From assembly GCF_009834535.1 (NCBI RefSeq), contig NC_045697.1:47742001-47806000 (forward strand): DNA of 64,000 nucleotides, read 5' to 3'. Of the stretch, positions 13,136 through 27,432 are shown piece after piece (position 1 is the first letter of the stretch; the number at the start of each line of letters is the position of its first letter). The DNA is from Camelus ferus (Eukaryota). Both the position numbers and the translations under genes were made by a program. Under the pieces are notes generated by a model that was not told the DNA's origin, did not search any database, and saw only the letters and a list, made by a program, of their open reading frames with translations.

Positions 13136-13416
13136 AAAAGGAAGTGAAAAGTTCATCTCAGTTTTTTCTTCTGATCAAAAAAATAAAAAAGTTGCCAGTT
13201 CAATGCATTAGAGAGGGCTAAAAGTCAAATCCAATTAAAACAATACAAGCTTAACAAATATCTCTACCTAAGAAATCTCAGCCAATGGCACAAATGCTTT
13301 AAGTAACAATTTCTGTAAGCTGTAAGCTAAATAAGAGGCAACACAATGCATTATTCGGTATAATTCAATCTCCTTTTTTATATTTTATCACAAAAATACT
13401 AATAATACTGTTCCTA

Positions 13417-13650
13417 GAATTTTTTTTAAATTTCAACCTTATTGAGGTATAATAGACAAATAAAATGTAAGGTATCTGAAGTGTACATCATGGTGATTTG
13501 ATATACGTATACGCTGTGAAAGGATCCCTCTCATCTAGTTAATTAACACATCTGTAACCTCACATATTTATCCTTTTTTTTTTTTTTGGTGAGAACACTT
13601 TAGTTCTACTCTTGCAGTAAATTCCCATTTGACAATACAGTGTTATCATA
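13417..13650 (-). mobile_element. L1MA-class 3' end (L1MA9-like)
   Basis: ttattgaggtataatagacaaataaaa...gtgtacatcatggtgatttgatatacgtatac...ggtgagaacacttt. Confidence 0.8.
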
Positions 13651-14544
13651 ATCTTTTTTTAAATCTAAAATAAATTATTTTATTTATGCTAATACAGAAC
13701 TCATTGCTTAGCACATTATTAATATTCTATAACTCAGACTCTTCCCTACTAACAAAGCATCACCACTGTGGAATGTTGGCTATATTGGGGGTATTTCAAA
13801 ATCCAAGTAAGGCTTATTAGAGAGAAAAGAATAAATTGGTGGAACTAGGAGCTGGAAGATAAAAAGGAGCACCAAAGATAGAAACCAATTAATGCCGTTC
13901 CAGGTCTCCTGCAAACTGCTTTTTTATACCTAAATATATCCAAAAAGTCTAAGCTTGAGGGTGGGGGCAGAGCTCAAACATAAAGTAGGAGAACATTTTC
14001 AGAAAATGATTTTATCATACATCCCATCAAATATTCTCTGCTCAGTCAGTAGTCTGCTAAGTGTTCATTCTCGGTTATACCCTGCGTTTTTTTCTTTATT
14101 CCCCTGCCTCCTTGCTGTCATACCCCAAAACCCTGCTCTTCAGCCCATGGGCTCAATACCTGCCTACCTGCCTGCCTACCTGCCTGTCTGAGGCTGGCAC
14201 TGCACTAGCCCCTCTTCAGTGACTGACTGACTGCAGGGTGTTATTTTGGCAGTCAGGGAGGGGGGATGACTCACCTCCAAAGAACACTGCAGGACTTTCC
14301 CAAAATAGGCGAGCCTGTGAGCCCCAAGTTGGGAGCTCTCAGTGAGCTAGATCATTCTAATTTAAATACACAGATGTACAAACTCACACATGCATGTGCA
14401 AGTACACACACACAGTAGTTTATAAATCCCAGGGACCAGAAACTAGAGAGCTCCTCAGTATTCTGTGTCTATTTATTTAAGATTAAGGGAGGTCAAACTT
14501 GTATTTTTCTGTATTAACTACAGCTGAATGGCAATTTAAATAAT

Positions 14545-14780
14545 ATCAGCTGACATTTATCAAATGCTTATTCTGATATAAGGTAGGCATGGTGCTAAGT
14601 CTGTGATCCCACAGTATTTCATGCACAGTTGTTTTCTCATGCACATATTTCTCTCATTTAATTCTCATTACAACCCTAGGAGATGGATACAAAAAATATC
14701 CCCTCATTTTACAGCAAGAGAAACTGAGGCTCAGAGAAATTAAGTCACTTGGCCAGGACACACAGTGGTAAGTGATGAAG
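14545..14780 (-). mobile_element. MIR SINE
   Basis: tctcatttaattctcattacaaccctagg...cattttacagcaagagaaactgaggctcagagaaattaagtcacttggccaggacacacag. Confidence 0.85.
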
Positions 14781-15379
14781 AATTATTATATAATAATTGT
14801 GATCTTCTTATCAAGGCTGAAAAACCAATCTGATTATGAGAACAGGCAGCAAGAGCAAGAGTTAAAAGAAACTGCATACCTCTGTAGCAAGCATATTCCT
14901 CTGCACACATCCTGGATGAATGTCTGGGCGTATCTGTAATACTGCTGATCCCTGGGTTATCTTCCCCCACCTCTTGACCACATCCTCACCAGATATTGGC
15001 ATGCGGCCCTCCACAAACAAAACAACTCAGTTCTTGTCCCCGGAGCTAAAATGCTCTCTATGGCCATCCTTATTTTTCTCAGCTAAGCTCCACATTTATA
15101 TAAAATAAAAATACAGACCAGGGTGGTGTTTATTAGATGCAATGAACACTATCGCTACTCAAAATGACAACCGCTGAGGGCTAAGTGACAGGCAGACTGG
15201 CACTAATGCACCTGGAAATGAGACTCTCCACAGGCCCAGAACTGGAGGCAGAACTGCCCCTCAGCCTAAGACAACTTACAGCAGGAAGACAAGTACCTGG
15301 TAGAGGAGTCCAGGGTTGGAAGCTCCTGCCTTAGATTAAACCAGTGCACACGGCCCCTGATAACACCCAGAACCTACTG

Positions 15380-15605
15380 ACTAATTACTACTACAGAAAT
15401 ACCATTTATCCAGCCTTAGCTATCAACATCACACTAAGCATTCTATATAATTTTCTATATTGTATTATGTTATCATCATATTTCCAGGTAAGACTCTGGA
15501 AGCAAAGGGAGCTTTAACAACATGCCCAACATGACATGGAGACAGGATTAGTAACCAGTTCAACCTAACTTCAAAGCACATGCTATTAACCACTACTCAC
15601 ACTGC
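15380..15605 (-). mobile_element. Degenerate MIR
   Basis: accatttatccagc...tttccaggtaagactctggaagc...acttcaaagcacatgctattaaccactac. Confidence 0.5.
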
Positions 15606-16431
15606 CACTCATGCCCCCAAATCCAGATCTGAAGTTCACTTCTCCTTCAGAGAGTGAGTATAGACACCTGCCAATGCCAAAATGACACACACCAGACGTG
15701 GGGCACTTTCCCATGGGGCTCAATCCAGTTTCCCCAGACAGTGCTCCAAGTTTCCCTTGTCAGTCATCGATCTCCATTTCCAAGAGAGGATGCGGTTATG
15801 AAAATCACATTCTCTCTTCCATTCTTCATGCTTAAGAGGAGAAAAATATATATACATCTATTTATATTTATATGCATGCAGATACACATATATAATTAAT
15901 GAAGTTATTTTACTTAGCATTGAATAAGTAAAAATTACTGATTCAAATTCCTTGGAACCAACAGGATCTACAAAGGACCTTTGGACATTTTACTGTAATC
16001 ACATAAAAGGGTGGCACTATACTCTGACATAGGCATCACATATTTTATCTGAGAAAAAAAAAAACTGAACCAAATGACTATAAAAGTCACTTAAGTATAT
16101 ATAGTCTAGCCCTATCTGGGTTCAGGAAAAACGTTGCCAGGTAGGTGACATGAGAGGCTTCTAAGGGCAGGATTCTGAGACCTGACATTAAGTCTAGTGC
16201 CTCTGAAGAAGTATTTCTTGCTGGGAAAGGAGTTTTTCTCTCAGATGGTTCAATGCCAGTGAACACTCCAGTTGCCCACTCCTGTGAAGGCCTTCAACTG
16301 GACTGTTAATTTCTCATGGGGTCCCATTGACCCCCAGCCCCCCCAGTACCTAGCACAGTGCTGGGACAAAATAAGTTTGCAAAAAAAAAAATTTTTTTTT
16401 TAAAAAGAATTAAATAAATGGGGTACAAAGC

Positions 16432-16790
16432 AGTTATAGCCTGAGTGTGTCCCCCTAAAATTCGTATGTTGCAACTTAATCTCCAATGTGATGGCATTTG
16501 GAAATGGAGTCTTTTGGGTAGGTGATTAGGTCATGAAGACAGAGCCCTCAAGAATAGAATTAGTGCTCTTATAAAAGAAGTCCAAGAGACAGCCCTGTTC
16601 TCTTCCACCATGTGAGGACATAGCAAGATGTTGGTCTCTGCACTAGGAAGCAAGTCTCACCAGACACTGAATCTGTTGGCACCTTGATCTTGGACTTCTA
16701 GCTTCTAGAACTGTGAGAAATAAGTTCCTGTTGTTTGTTAAGTCACCCAGTCTAAGGTATTCTGTAAGAGTGGCCCATATAACTAAGACA
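16432..16790 (+). mobile_element. MaLR solo LTR, MLT1A/MLT1A0-like
   Basis: gtgtccccctaaaattcgtatgttg...ggcaccttgatcttggacttctagcttctagaactgtgagaaataa...actaagaca; 5-bp TSD aaagc/gaagc. Confidence 0.9.
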
Positions 16791-17159
16791 GAAGCCCACA
16801 CATGGAAGAGCTATTTAATGACAACAATCCCCTCGCCCTTCCCTTTCAATCTAACAGCTCCAGGGACCTTCACCATGGCACACAGAGATGGGCAGGGCAT
16901 CAGTGTGGTGCATCAAGTCTTCTGTCCCCATAAACTGCTACTCCAGCTTAAATGTTTACTCACCAGTCATTAGCTGCGTGGCCTTCAACAGGTCATATGT
17001 TTTTGAGCCTCTTCTTCATCCAAGAACTGATGAGATTAGGCTGGCTATTGTCCAAAGTAGCTTCCCACTCTAAATGCTAGAACCCTATTTCCCATAAGAT
17101 CAGTCTCAACTCAACACCTCCCTCCTTGGGTTCCTCCAATTCTTAGTTAAAAGAACATA

Positions 17160-17812
17160 CAGTTGTTAATCCTCATTACTCACCCATTCCATATTTGCAA
17201 ATTCACTTACTGGTTAAAATTTATTTGTAACCCCCAAATCCATACTTACTGTGCTTTCATGGTCATTCAAGGACCTGAATTAGAGCAATGAAAAATCTGA
17301 GTCACCTGACACACATTCCCAGCTGAGGTCAAATAAGGTGACCCTCTGACTTCTTGTTTCAGCTCCTAGACTATAAACAAGTAACTTTTTTGCAGTCTAT
17401 TTAGTGCTACATTTTTCACATTTTTGCACTTTTCGTTGGTGATTTTACTGTTTAAAATGGCTGCCAAGTGTAGCGCTGATGTACTATCTGGTGTTCCTAC
17501 AATCAAGAATGTTGTGATGGTTCTTATAGAGAAAATACATGTGTTAGATAAGCTTTGTTAAGGCATGAGCTATACTGCTGTTGGTCATGAGTTCAACATT
17601 AATGAATCAATATTATATATTAAATAAGGTGTCTTTAATCAGAACACACATAAAACAAGTTTAATATTGATAGGTTGATGAAAATGTTGTGATCAGAGGC
17701 TCAGAGAAGCCCTATCCTGTTTTTCTCCTAGAAGCAATGGTTCAGTATTTGCTAATTCAGTGTTCATGGCGACTTATAGAATATAACTATTGAAAATAAT
17801 GAGAATTAACTG
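17160..17812. mobile_element. MER82-like Tigger (TcMar) non-autonomous DNA transposon, full length
   Basis: 653 bp; TA on both sides; TIRs cagttgttaatcctcatta / taatgagaattaactg; interior matches recalled MER82. Confidence 0.9.
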
Positions 17813-18729
17813 TATACCTTCAGTCTAGACTTCCATATACAGTTGTGTAGAAATATAAATAGCATCCCCTAGGGTTGCTCAGGACACAACCTGCACATGG
17901 GGCAGAACCACCCCTGAGATACGATCTAGTTAGGATGAACACTGCCAGGAAAAAAACCAAAATGGAAACTCTTACCCTTAACATACCCCAAATAAAAAAC
18001 CCTTCTAGAATTAGTCCGTGCTCATGATGAAATTCTCGCACATGACCTGTGCTCCTGATATGGGTATACCCATCTGGGAACCTGAGTGTCTCCTGCAATG
18101 CCTTTCCTCCATCCTTCTTATGTTTATATAGGTACTCTGAACTTTGCAAGAAACAGCCCAAGTGTTTCTAAGCTTCTTCCTCAGATCAGTGTGTAACTGT
18201 CATTAATAATTGCAGATAGTGCCCCCATGAGAAAGTTCTCCACAAACCCACTGCAGAAACACGAGGCAGTCACAGTAAGTAATTTATGAAAGCACCTGAA
18301 GCTCCTACTAAGAAATACACTGGGAGCGTTTTTGGAAGGAGAGGGGACACAAGGGCAGGAAAAAGGGAAAATAAAAAGAGAAAAATCAGGAAGAATGAGA
18401 AGGAAAGAGGCAGAATGAAAGGGAAAGATTGAAATAGCAAGAGTTTTCGAAACAATTGCCGTGTGAGAAAGGCATCAGCAACGTGGATCAAAATCTGCTT
18501 CTCTTTGCAAGTGTGGGGAGGAGCTTTTGACTTTGTTTTTCTTTTATAATATGGTTTGTTATGGGATGTTTCAAATATATAGTCAGCCCAATCATACAAC
18601 TCAGTCCAATTATACCACTCACAATATAATGATTTCATGCAATTAAACCCTACCAGCATGCAACTGTCCTTTGCGGCTGTCAAAATTAGGATTTTTAAAA
18701 AAAGATCATTCTTCTGAGACTTAACTCAG

Positions 18730-18930
18730 ACATGAGGGCTCAAATCCCATCCATATCACTTAGCTAAATGGCTATCAGTAAGTGGTTTTACTTTTAAACT
18801 CCAGATTCCTCGTTTGTAATGAGGGGGTGGTAACAGCATCTGCCACACGAGGCTGTTCTGAAACTTAAATGAAATAATGCATATAAAAGCACCTATTACC
18901 ATATCTAGGATATGAAAAATGTCATTTATT
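18730..18930 (+). mobile_element. MIR SINE
   Basis: gggctcaaatccca...cacttagct...ttcctcgtttgtaat...aaatgaaataatgcatataaaagcacct. Confidence 0.75.
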
Positions 18931-20859
18931 ATCATGATGCTATAATTGATAACTCACATACAGATCTAGGTCACGTGGGGGCTTCAAATCAGTAGGTAAA
19001 ACCACAGCATTGAAGACATCTCCCAGAAACACCTTGGGAGTTATCTATCGTGAAAGAAGTGATTCTGGCAGGAAAAAAAGAGAGAACAGCAATTTTCTTT
19101 TGAGAGTCTCAGGCTTTCCACTTTTCTTCTCTCATGGCTAAGTAATGGATCAATGACTTCCTAGAGACCAAAACCAATCCTACAAGTAAGAATGATCTGA
19201 TTACAGGCAGCGCTCTTGGAAGCCACAGTGCTATCCCACTGAGGTGAAGAGGAAGGACAAGTGACAGGAAAATAAACTTCAGAAAATGGGTAGCAGATGA
19301 AGAAAAAAACCTCTAGGGCCAGAGTCTCCCTCATGAGCAGCTAAGGGAGGAGAAATAAAAAATTCTGGAGCCCAGAGAAAAGGCTGCTACTTGTAATGCA
19401 TCCAGCATCTCTCTGGAGCTCAGAATACATATCAGGACCCCTGCCTACCAAAATGGTAAAAATATCCTTGTTGGTGATGCTCTGTCAGAACCTGTCCAAG
19501 ACCTTCGCTGCATGAACACCTATTATGGAATCTTGACTTTGAAATAATTACTCTGAGGTAAGGAATCATAAAATACATCATTAAAAAAGAAAGAAAAAAT
19601 ACCATCATCAGCATATCAGAGAATTTCATGCCCTTCAGAGGCACAGTTCAGGAATCTTCCAGGTCAAATACTAAAATGCATATGCAAGATGAACAAGGTG
19701 GAAGGAAGGGAGGGAGGGAGGGTAGGAGGAAGGGAGGCAGGAAGAAAGGAAACAGGTCAACATAGGGCTAAAGTTCTAAAGATACATTGTATTTCTGCTG
19801 TCATCATTGACAAAGTAAGTCACTTAATTTTGTTTTTTCTCCTTTTAGAACATAATAGAATCATGGACCATAAAAGGATGTTTTGGGTCATCTAATCCAA
19901 CCTTCTAACATGACTGTGAATCCTCAAAATGTGTAGTTTTAAGAAGGGTTAGAGAGTTGAAATGGGATATAAGAGTTGTCCACAAAAACATAAAACGGGT
20001 ATGAAATCCCAGTTATGCTTTCACTATCTTGAGCCTTACCAGGATCTTGTTCAACTGACACCTCCTCTGCTGTCAGCCTATCAGCCTGTCTGTCACTGGC
20101 ATCTCTCCAGCCCCACTGTGGACCCTATGGAATGTCACTTCAGTAATATTGGCCAACACCCTTATCTTCCTCATCCATGTATCTTCTCACATAACTCCCC
20201 ACCAACCACTAACTATGGATCAAACCCAAAATCTGATCTCTCAGGGCTGCTGCACACAATTATACAAACCTCACATATTCCTACAATAGACTCCACTTCA
20301 CATCACAGCTGAACCCTTGACCAGGTCACTAATTTTTTTATTTGTCCTTGATCTGCTCCCTTTGTCTGAGTCCAACACACAAGATGGAATAGTGAAGGCT
20401 GCCTGTTAAAGTTGGGAAAAAGAAGGTTTTGAGGGCTGAGTCCTATCATAGATTTCTCACTCAGAAATCCATTTGCAGAATTGTTGAGCTGCAGAAAGAC
20501 AAGGGCTATGGTTAGGAAGTAGAAGTAAAGTTAAAGAGACAGAGAAGCTGATTGTATGTCTAACTGGAGGGGTTTAGGTTACTTATAAATAGATGTTAGG
20601 GCTGAGAAGTCAGAAATCAAGGAGCTAAAGAGAACAAAATGAGATATAAGGCCAGCACACAGTTCCAAACCTAGACTTGTAAACCTACGACCTTCTGTGC
20701 AGGCCCCCGGCATCTGCCCAGGGGAGCCAACCAAGTCAGAATCCCTTCCATTCCACTCAATGGCTCTGCCCAACTTCAACCATTCTTTACAACTCTTCAT
20801 CCTCACATGCAACCTACCCCAGTTACACCAAACCACTCTCGCATCCACCTCCACAAACT

Positions 20860-21210
20860 CGTTTGAATCTACTGCCTTCCCTTCTACTTTTTAGGTTCTC
20901 AAGGGAAGAAACATTCCTTCTATGTCTCAGGCAAAACTCTCCCTTCGTCTACTCTCTGTCACCTTCTGTCTCCTGAATTCCCTGAATAAATCCATAATTG
21001 TTCCTTGCTCCTCATCTCCAGACACTCCTGTTCCTCTAGCTGTCTCCTTACTTTCTCCCAAAAAAGTGCTCACAACTCTGTGATATCGAAACTGAGATTG
21101 TCGTTTGTGCATTCATTCCACAAACATTTGCTTGGGGCCTGCTAAGAGTACGATGCTGCTGGACTGAAAGCCCAGATTCAGAAAGTGGTCGATGCTAGTG
21201 CTTATGCTGC
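20860..21210. mobile_element. L2 fragments (+ strand, then a - strand 3' end from ~21110)
   Basis: Pyrimidine-rich L2-like body followed by attcattccacaaacatttgcttggggcctgcta. Confidence 0.5.
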
Positions 21211-22989
21211 CAGAGATACTGTTTTTTGGTTTGGTTTGGTTTGGTTTTATTTTAAGAAGAGGCACATTATGGACCACCAAACAAAGATCTCATTTCTTGC
21301 ATAAATACTGAACTAATTCTCAAACGAAACAGGAATGGGGTTGTTTTCCTGGTCAAACCTGAAGTAAAAACCAATAGTAATTAGCTGTCCCTCCTGACTC
21401 CCTGCACCCTCTTCAGGGGGCCCCGGTCTGCACAAGGACAATTAATGGTAGGAGACTTGATGAGAAACCCCCAAGAACTCCAAGCCAGCATTGACAGGGC
21501 ACCAGCCTTACAGACCTGAACCATACACAGTAAGAGAGAGTAAAGGAATTTTATAGGCTAGGTTTGGGACCATGCTGAAGTAGTACAGAGCTTTAATAGC
21601 CTGGTTAGCGAGTTCATTTAATAAAACAAACTATCCCCATGGAGATGGTCCCAGGTACCTATTTATCCACAACTACTTAAATCCATGCTGAAGTTATTAC
21701 ATAGTCCATGATTTACTCTAGTTAATGCTGGGAAAATAATCTCACATTTTCCCATTCTTGCAGGGTACATGCCTGAATAACTAATTAATAGTTAACTCTT
21801 TTTCTTTCCACTTGAATCTACACTACTCGTCACTCGATACCACTGGGATCCCTGGCACGATGCACAAATGCTCCAATGGTCTTTGCACTGCAGTATATTT
21901 CAGCCCTGAAAAGCAGCTCAGGGGTAAACATGACTTCCTAATGCTAACATATCATCTTCTTCTCCGAGTGGCACAAATTGAGGTGTGAACGTTGCGCAGT
22001 TTTGGCTTTTGCCTACACTGCTTTTATTATGAAGACCTAGCATAGACATTTTTAACACAATAGCCATTCCTCTCCCCAGACTACATAATTCCTCTATAAT
22101 CATAAAGAAGCAAACATGTTCCTCACTCTATAGCAAAAGAAATAGTATAATAACTCTATAGGTATGGGAGGAAGAAAGAAAAATCATCTGGATGGGGTGG
22201 AGGAGTCTCAAGGAAAGCTGGGCTGAAAGAAAAAGTCTGCTAGGGCTGTGCACAGCTTGCTCAAATAGATCTGCTTGAGAAGGTTTCCATAAATTTAAAC
22301 CTCTATAGCAAATCCTATGTGATTATATATCAGTCTCAGAATTTTAATGCTGAAAAGAATAACTTCTCTGAAAAATGCTTTCACCCACGGCCCAATGAAA
22401 GCACATGAGAATGCAGCAGATCTTCAAAAACTCACATATCTTAAGAAAAAAAATGCAATTTTTACTTCAAGTGTTAATAATACCTGAAAGAAATCAGAAG
22501 ATATCAGAACCAACAACTCGGTTTATTTGGTATGATAGCTTACTGGCAGCGGAAATGAGGGCTATTAACACAAAAGCCTGTTGCAAACTCTCCCCTGAAG
22601 CTATGAGCCACCTGAGAGTACAGACATGTCTGTCCCCATATCCTCAGTGTGGACCCAGGGTGAACACTCAATAATTGTCTGTGAATGAAGGGGGAATTAC
22701 TGATTGAATTTTAAGTTCAATAGGCTTTGGGGGTTGGTTACAACTTTCACAGTTTCAGCGTTTTGAGACAGAAGAATGGGAAGTAAAGCTAAGATGTGAA
22801 CGAAAATGATTCTGATTTGGTTGGACTCCATTAATACCACCATTGCTAGCAATAAGTATGCAGCACTGAGTTTGTAATCAGAGCTAGTAAGCTAGTAAAC
22901 ACACAAAAATCTAGTAGATCTATTCCTATATATAGTTTCCAAACTCCTGCAATCTACTCTGTAATCTACTTATACCTGAAGCTTAATGT

Positions 22990-23580
22990 CATCATTCCAG
23001 TCCAGAATTATTGAGCATCTTGTATGTGCCAAGCACTATGTTAGATACAGGGTATATAATTGAAAGAAACTGGTCACTGTCAGTAAGGAGCTTAAAAGTT
23101 TGGGAAGGGTGATAGAAATATAAACAAAAACAAAAAACAGCGCCCCCAAAAGCACTATATGCAATAACAGAAGTACGTATAAGGGAGAGAAGTAGAGCAG
23201 GGAGGGATTAATGCTATCTTTAGGGGCAAGAGCAAGCATCGTAAGGAGAACAATCTGGGCAGAGCTTTGTTTGAAAAGGCAATTGGAGTTGCCAGTCAGA
23301 CAAGGTACAGAAGAGCAGACCAGGAATCGAGTAAGGCAGCACCACAGGCAGAGACACAGAAGTGAGAAGTGGCTTCACATTTGGGGGAATGAATAAGTAG
23401 GTGCCAAACTGGAAAATGAGGGAGAAAAACAGAATGGAAGGTGCAGAGTTGAGAGTTGGGGAGAACTCAGTTTAGGGAAAGCCTTTGCCACCAAGCTATG
23501 GACCCCAGCCTAAAATTAGTGAGAGACCACTGAGGGTTCTAGGCAAGGAGAGACAAGGAGAGAAAGATTATCCTGGTTTG
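22990..23580 (-). mobile_element. L2 LINE 3' portion
   Basis: ttattgagcatcttgtatgtgccaagcactatgttagatacaggg...aaggagctta...agaccactgagggttctaggcaagg. Confidence 0.8.
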
Positions 23581-23789
23581 AAAACATCCCTGATTCCCCT
23601 CAGCTACTAAATTTTCCTGTTCCAGACTCTGGGAGTATTTATTGCATCTCTCAAGTTGCCACTGAGCATCTAGTGCTGGCAGTCCTGCTTTGCATACGTT
23701 AAGTCTTAATTCCCTAATTTAACTTACATACGAGGAAGCCATGGACCATTTCTCAGATTCTTTATTTCCCACAGATTTACCAAAATATT

Positions 23790-24632
23790 CTTAACTCAGT
23801 GTCTGCATCCAAGACCTCTCTCCTCAACTCCAGACCCTAAAATGCAATTGCCTGATCAACAACATCTTCCCTTGACTTTTTCACACATTTCTCAAAGTGA
23901 GTTTGTCCAAAACTTACTTCATTGTCCTTCTTCTAAACCTACTCCTCCTCCTATGTTCCCTCTCTCAGCAAATGGTATCACTGATCATCTAGTTGGCCCG
24001 AGTCCAGAAGCCTGGAAGTCATCCTTGATTCCTCTCTAATTACCAAGTCTTACTGACCTTACCTCCTTAGTGTCTCTTAAATCCCTACTCCTCTCCATCC
24101 CAGTGCTACCCCTGGGGTCAGCGCCACCATCACTCACTCTCATTCCATCCAAGCTGTTCTCCAGGCCATCTGTGTTCCAGCCAGAACACAGATATCTTTG
24201 TGAAAATGCAAAGCTGATCACATCTCTCTCTAGCTCAAAACCCTGCAATAATTCTTACTGCCTTAAGACAAAGTCCAAGGGCTTCCAACCCTTCATTAGC
24301 GAGTCCAGGATTCTCTCTTTAACCTCATCTCTCACCACTCCCCTCCCACTACTCCATGAAATGCTTTTAGCTCCTCCAATGTGCTATTCTCCTCTCTCTT
24401 CCTCTCTCTCCCCTTCTCTCTCCCAGCTTTCAGGTATCTTGTTCCCCCTATCTAAAACACTAACCCATCCTTTATCCATTCTCTTTAATAATTGTTTATT
24501 CACATCTCCATCAAGACTTGGTTCCCTGAATACAGAATTGCATCTGTCTGATTCACTGTATCCCAGTGCCTAGTAAGGTGCTGGGTACATACTAGGAACT
24601 TAACAAGTATTTTATGAATTAATGGATTAGTG
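23790..24632 (+). mobile_element. L2 LINE 3' portion
   Basis: gacctctctcctcaactccagacc...cctggaagtcatccttgattcctctc...attcactgtatcccagtgcctagtaaggtgctggg...tatgaattaatgga. Confidence 0.85.
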
Positions 24633-26084
24633 AACATTGGGGTTCATTCTAAGTGACTTTTAATTATCCTCAGGCAGTAATTTCAAGGTTCCATTAATTC
24701 GCTTGTAATTGGAACAGAAGCTTTGATGAACACAAAATAAATATATTCTAGAGGTTCCATGCACACACAGGAAGATGGCAAATGGTACGCTGTGTCAATA
24801 ATACTTTCCCCCTTTGCCCTCTTACTTACTCATTGTTTCATGATCCATGATTAAACACGTGACATGATTAAAAACATGAATTAATACTGAAATTGTACAA
24901 TGTGCTAGATTCAAAAATAAAGCAAAGGACAGAATGAAATTTGAGAACAGGAAGGTAGGCTGGTCTAGCTCTGTGCAGATAGATAAAACCAAGAATTTTC
25001 AATACCAAGAGTATCTAGGATTTCCCAAATCATATATCCATTATGCTGCTGACTCAGGTGCTATAAGTAGATACTGTTCTTAACTCTCAGGGATCTAGAC
25101 TCTAGATTCTAGAATCTAAGACAGACAGCACATGTCCAGTCCACATCAGCATCTTTAACTTCTGGCATCCTGAGGCTCATCACCCAAGAGCTATTCACAT
25201 TCCAAGTGCCATAGGTGGCTGTTCTGAATTAAGTCCACCACATGTGCTACGATACAAACAGATACAGCCAAGTCTCCTGTGCTGCTTTAAACAGGCACAC
25301 CATACCCAGCTCACCACTAAACATACACAGTCCAATCCGAAGCAGAGCTCAACATAACCAAAGAAGAGTTTGTTTACACAATAAATCAAAAGGGTAGCAG
25401 AGAGTCTGATAAAACACCTCTTGCTTACTATCCAGCAAGGGGACAAATCTCCCAGGCCAGGCTGGCTAATTCCTGCACTATATTAAGTGCTTTCACGCGG
25501 TGTGCCAAGAGGAACGTTAAGACAGTGTGTTTGGTCACATTACTCATTGACTAGGGCCCTGCACATTCACCAGTGGAAGGAATGCAGGCCAACTCTGCGC
25601 CAAATCCCCTCACCATAAACAAGGTTCCCAGTCCATTACAGAGGCCCAGAGCGCTCCCAAGATGTGGAGGGCTTATGTTGAGAAATTAGACCTCAGCAAA
25701 AAGCAAGCATCTACAATCAGAGGCACTTGATCAAACTGTTCAAAGGAACTTGTTTTACTTTAGCCTACCCTACTGAGCAGGAACCCTAACCAGGCCTCTT
25801 CCCATCCTGGAAATTACATGAAACTTTGTGTATGTGGCTATTGCCCCAAGGAGAAAGATCAGACCAGGCTGCACTACTAGATCACTTAGATTCCAGAGAA
25901 GGCAAGTCTGGTGGCAAGACTGGTTGAGAGGTTTCTGAACTTTCATTACATTCCCAAAGACACCTGATGGCCCAGAGAAGTAAAGCACCAAAGCATCCAA
26001 GTGTACTACCGAAGGTTCCCTGGCGGTCTTCCCGGACGTCTTCCTTGATTTATCTTGGGATTAAAAAGCCACATTTCAACTTAC

Positions 26085-26546
26085 CATAAAGTGACAAAGG
26101 CTATGAAGCCAACACCAAAATCACCATCATTCTATCCATTCCATCTGTATCATAGCTCCAGATTTGGTCCAAACCCAGGTTCTGACCCCACTGTAGCAAG
26201 ATTTTAATTCGGCTGAGACCATGTCAGAGAAAAACTAGGAGCTAAGACTATGTGTCCTAAGATTCGAAGACTGAGAGGCCATGAATCATTCTGGAATAGG
26301 CCCCGGAAGTCAGCAACCCCCAAGAGTATGCTCAATCCTGCACTGAAATAATCCTCGAGGTCTGACAGGATACCGAACATCCTCCTCCTGGGCGACTGGC
26401 CGAGGCTGCAGCTCTGCACTCATGCCCCCTTTCCCCTGTGACCTGGCAGGTGCGGACCGCAGTGGAGAACGGGGGCTGATGAGGGCTTCTCCTCATTACA
26501 CCATCTCACCACGGGATCGATACTCCTACTCAGAGAACTGAGGGGA
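26085..26546 (-). other. Candidate spliced exon (probably non-coding or alternative) of an unidentified minus-strand gene
   Basis: Acceptor tgtcatgtttctctcag|TCCCCT at 26546; donor ATG|gtaagt at 26085; locally CpG-rich, non-repeat; no recognisable protein. Confidence 0.3.
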
Positions 26547-27245
26547 CTGAGAGAAACATGACAGATGCTTTGATAATCTCAGAAATAAGTCTTACTGAGA
26601 ATATGTAGTGCTTCTTGGATAACTCTAAATTAAACCTTGGCAATAAACCCATACATTGAAATATGGAACAGTCCCATCTGCTGATGAAGGCAAAGTTGAT
26701 TCGTGCCCTGCTGCCACCGTTGCAGAGGAGAGAATTATTTTGTTGTTTGAAATCGCATGAATAAGGTTTGTTATTGTTGTTGTTTTATTATTTACAAGGA
26801 AAACTCTTTGTTCAGATTTAAGATATTTGGCATATATATATTGGTCATAAGAAATCAGTGTACACTAAAAAAAAAATAAACATGCTATCAACTCCAAAAC
26901 GAGCAGAATATAAGCAATTCATCATTATACTTTGTTCAAATATGTTCTAGGCAGCAAATAGTTAAGAGTCTGACACACATCCATTTGTAACTTTAAAAAA
27001 TTCTCCCTATCGGTCTGATTAAAGCAAAAGCACAAGGAGCAAACAGAAAAAAAGATGTATTTGACAACTGTTTTGCTTCAGTAGACAAGCAGGGAAAACC
27101 AACGAGAGATGCTCTTTCTCTCTCCTTAACATAGTAATATTAGCAGCTTCTGAAGAGCATAATCTGAACCACCCAATTACAACACCAGCTGTCAGTCAAG
27201 AGGTTTTGTTTGTTTCCATTACCCAATAGTGACGTTCTCGAAATC

Positions 27246-27432
27246 AGAGTTTCCCATACATTGGTCCATGGACCAGTCATCAAATCACCTGGAAAACTTG
27301 TTAAAAGTAAAGATTCAGGACTCCACTTCTGTCCTGCTGAATCAGGCTCCTCAGAACTGAGTTAGGTGTCTGGGTTTTTAATAAATAACCTAACTGATTA
27401 TAACACAAAGTCAGATTTAGGAACTACTACTG
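27246..27432. mobile_element. MER5A-like hAT-Charlie MITE
   Basis: catcaaatcacctggaaaacttgttaaaagtaaagattc...ctgctgaatcag...tttaggaactactactg. Confidence 0.7.

Noticed and set aside
14267..14300. AP-1 (TGACTCA) and NF-kB-like (AGGACTTTCC) motifs
   Set aside because: Short motifs are expected by chance in 64 kb; no independent support
24070..24573. 167-aa Leu/Ser/Pro ORF
   Set aside because: Lies entirely in pyrimidine-rich L2 sequence; no domain-like content
25103..25118. Perfect 16-bp palindrome tagattctagaatcta
   Set aside because: Part of locally repeated tctaga units; most simply slippage
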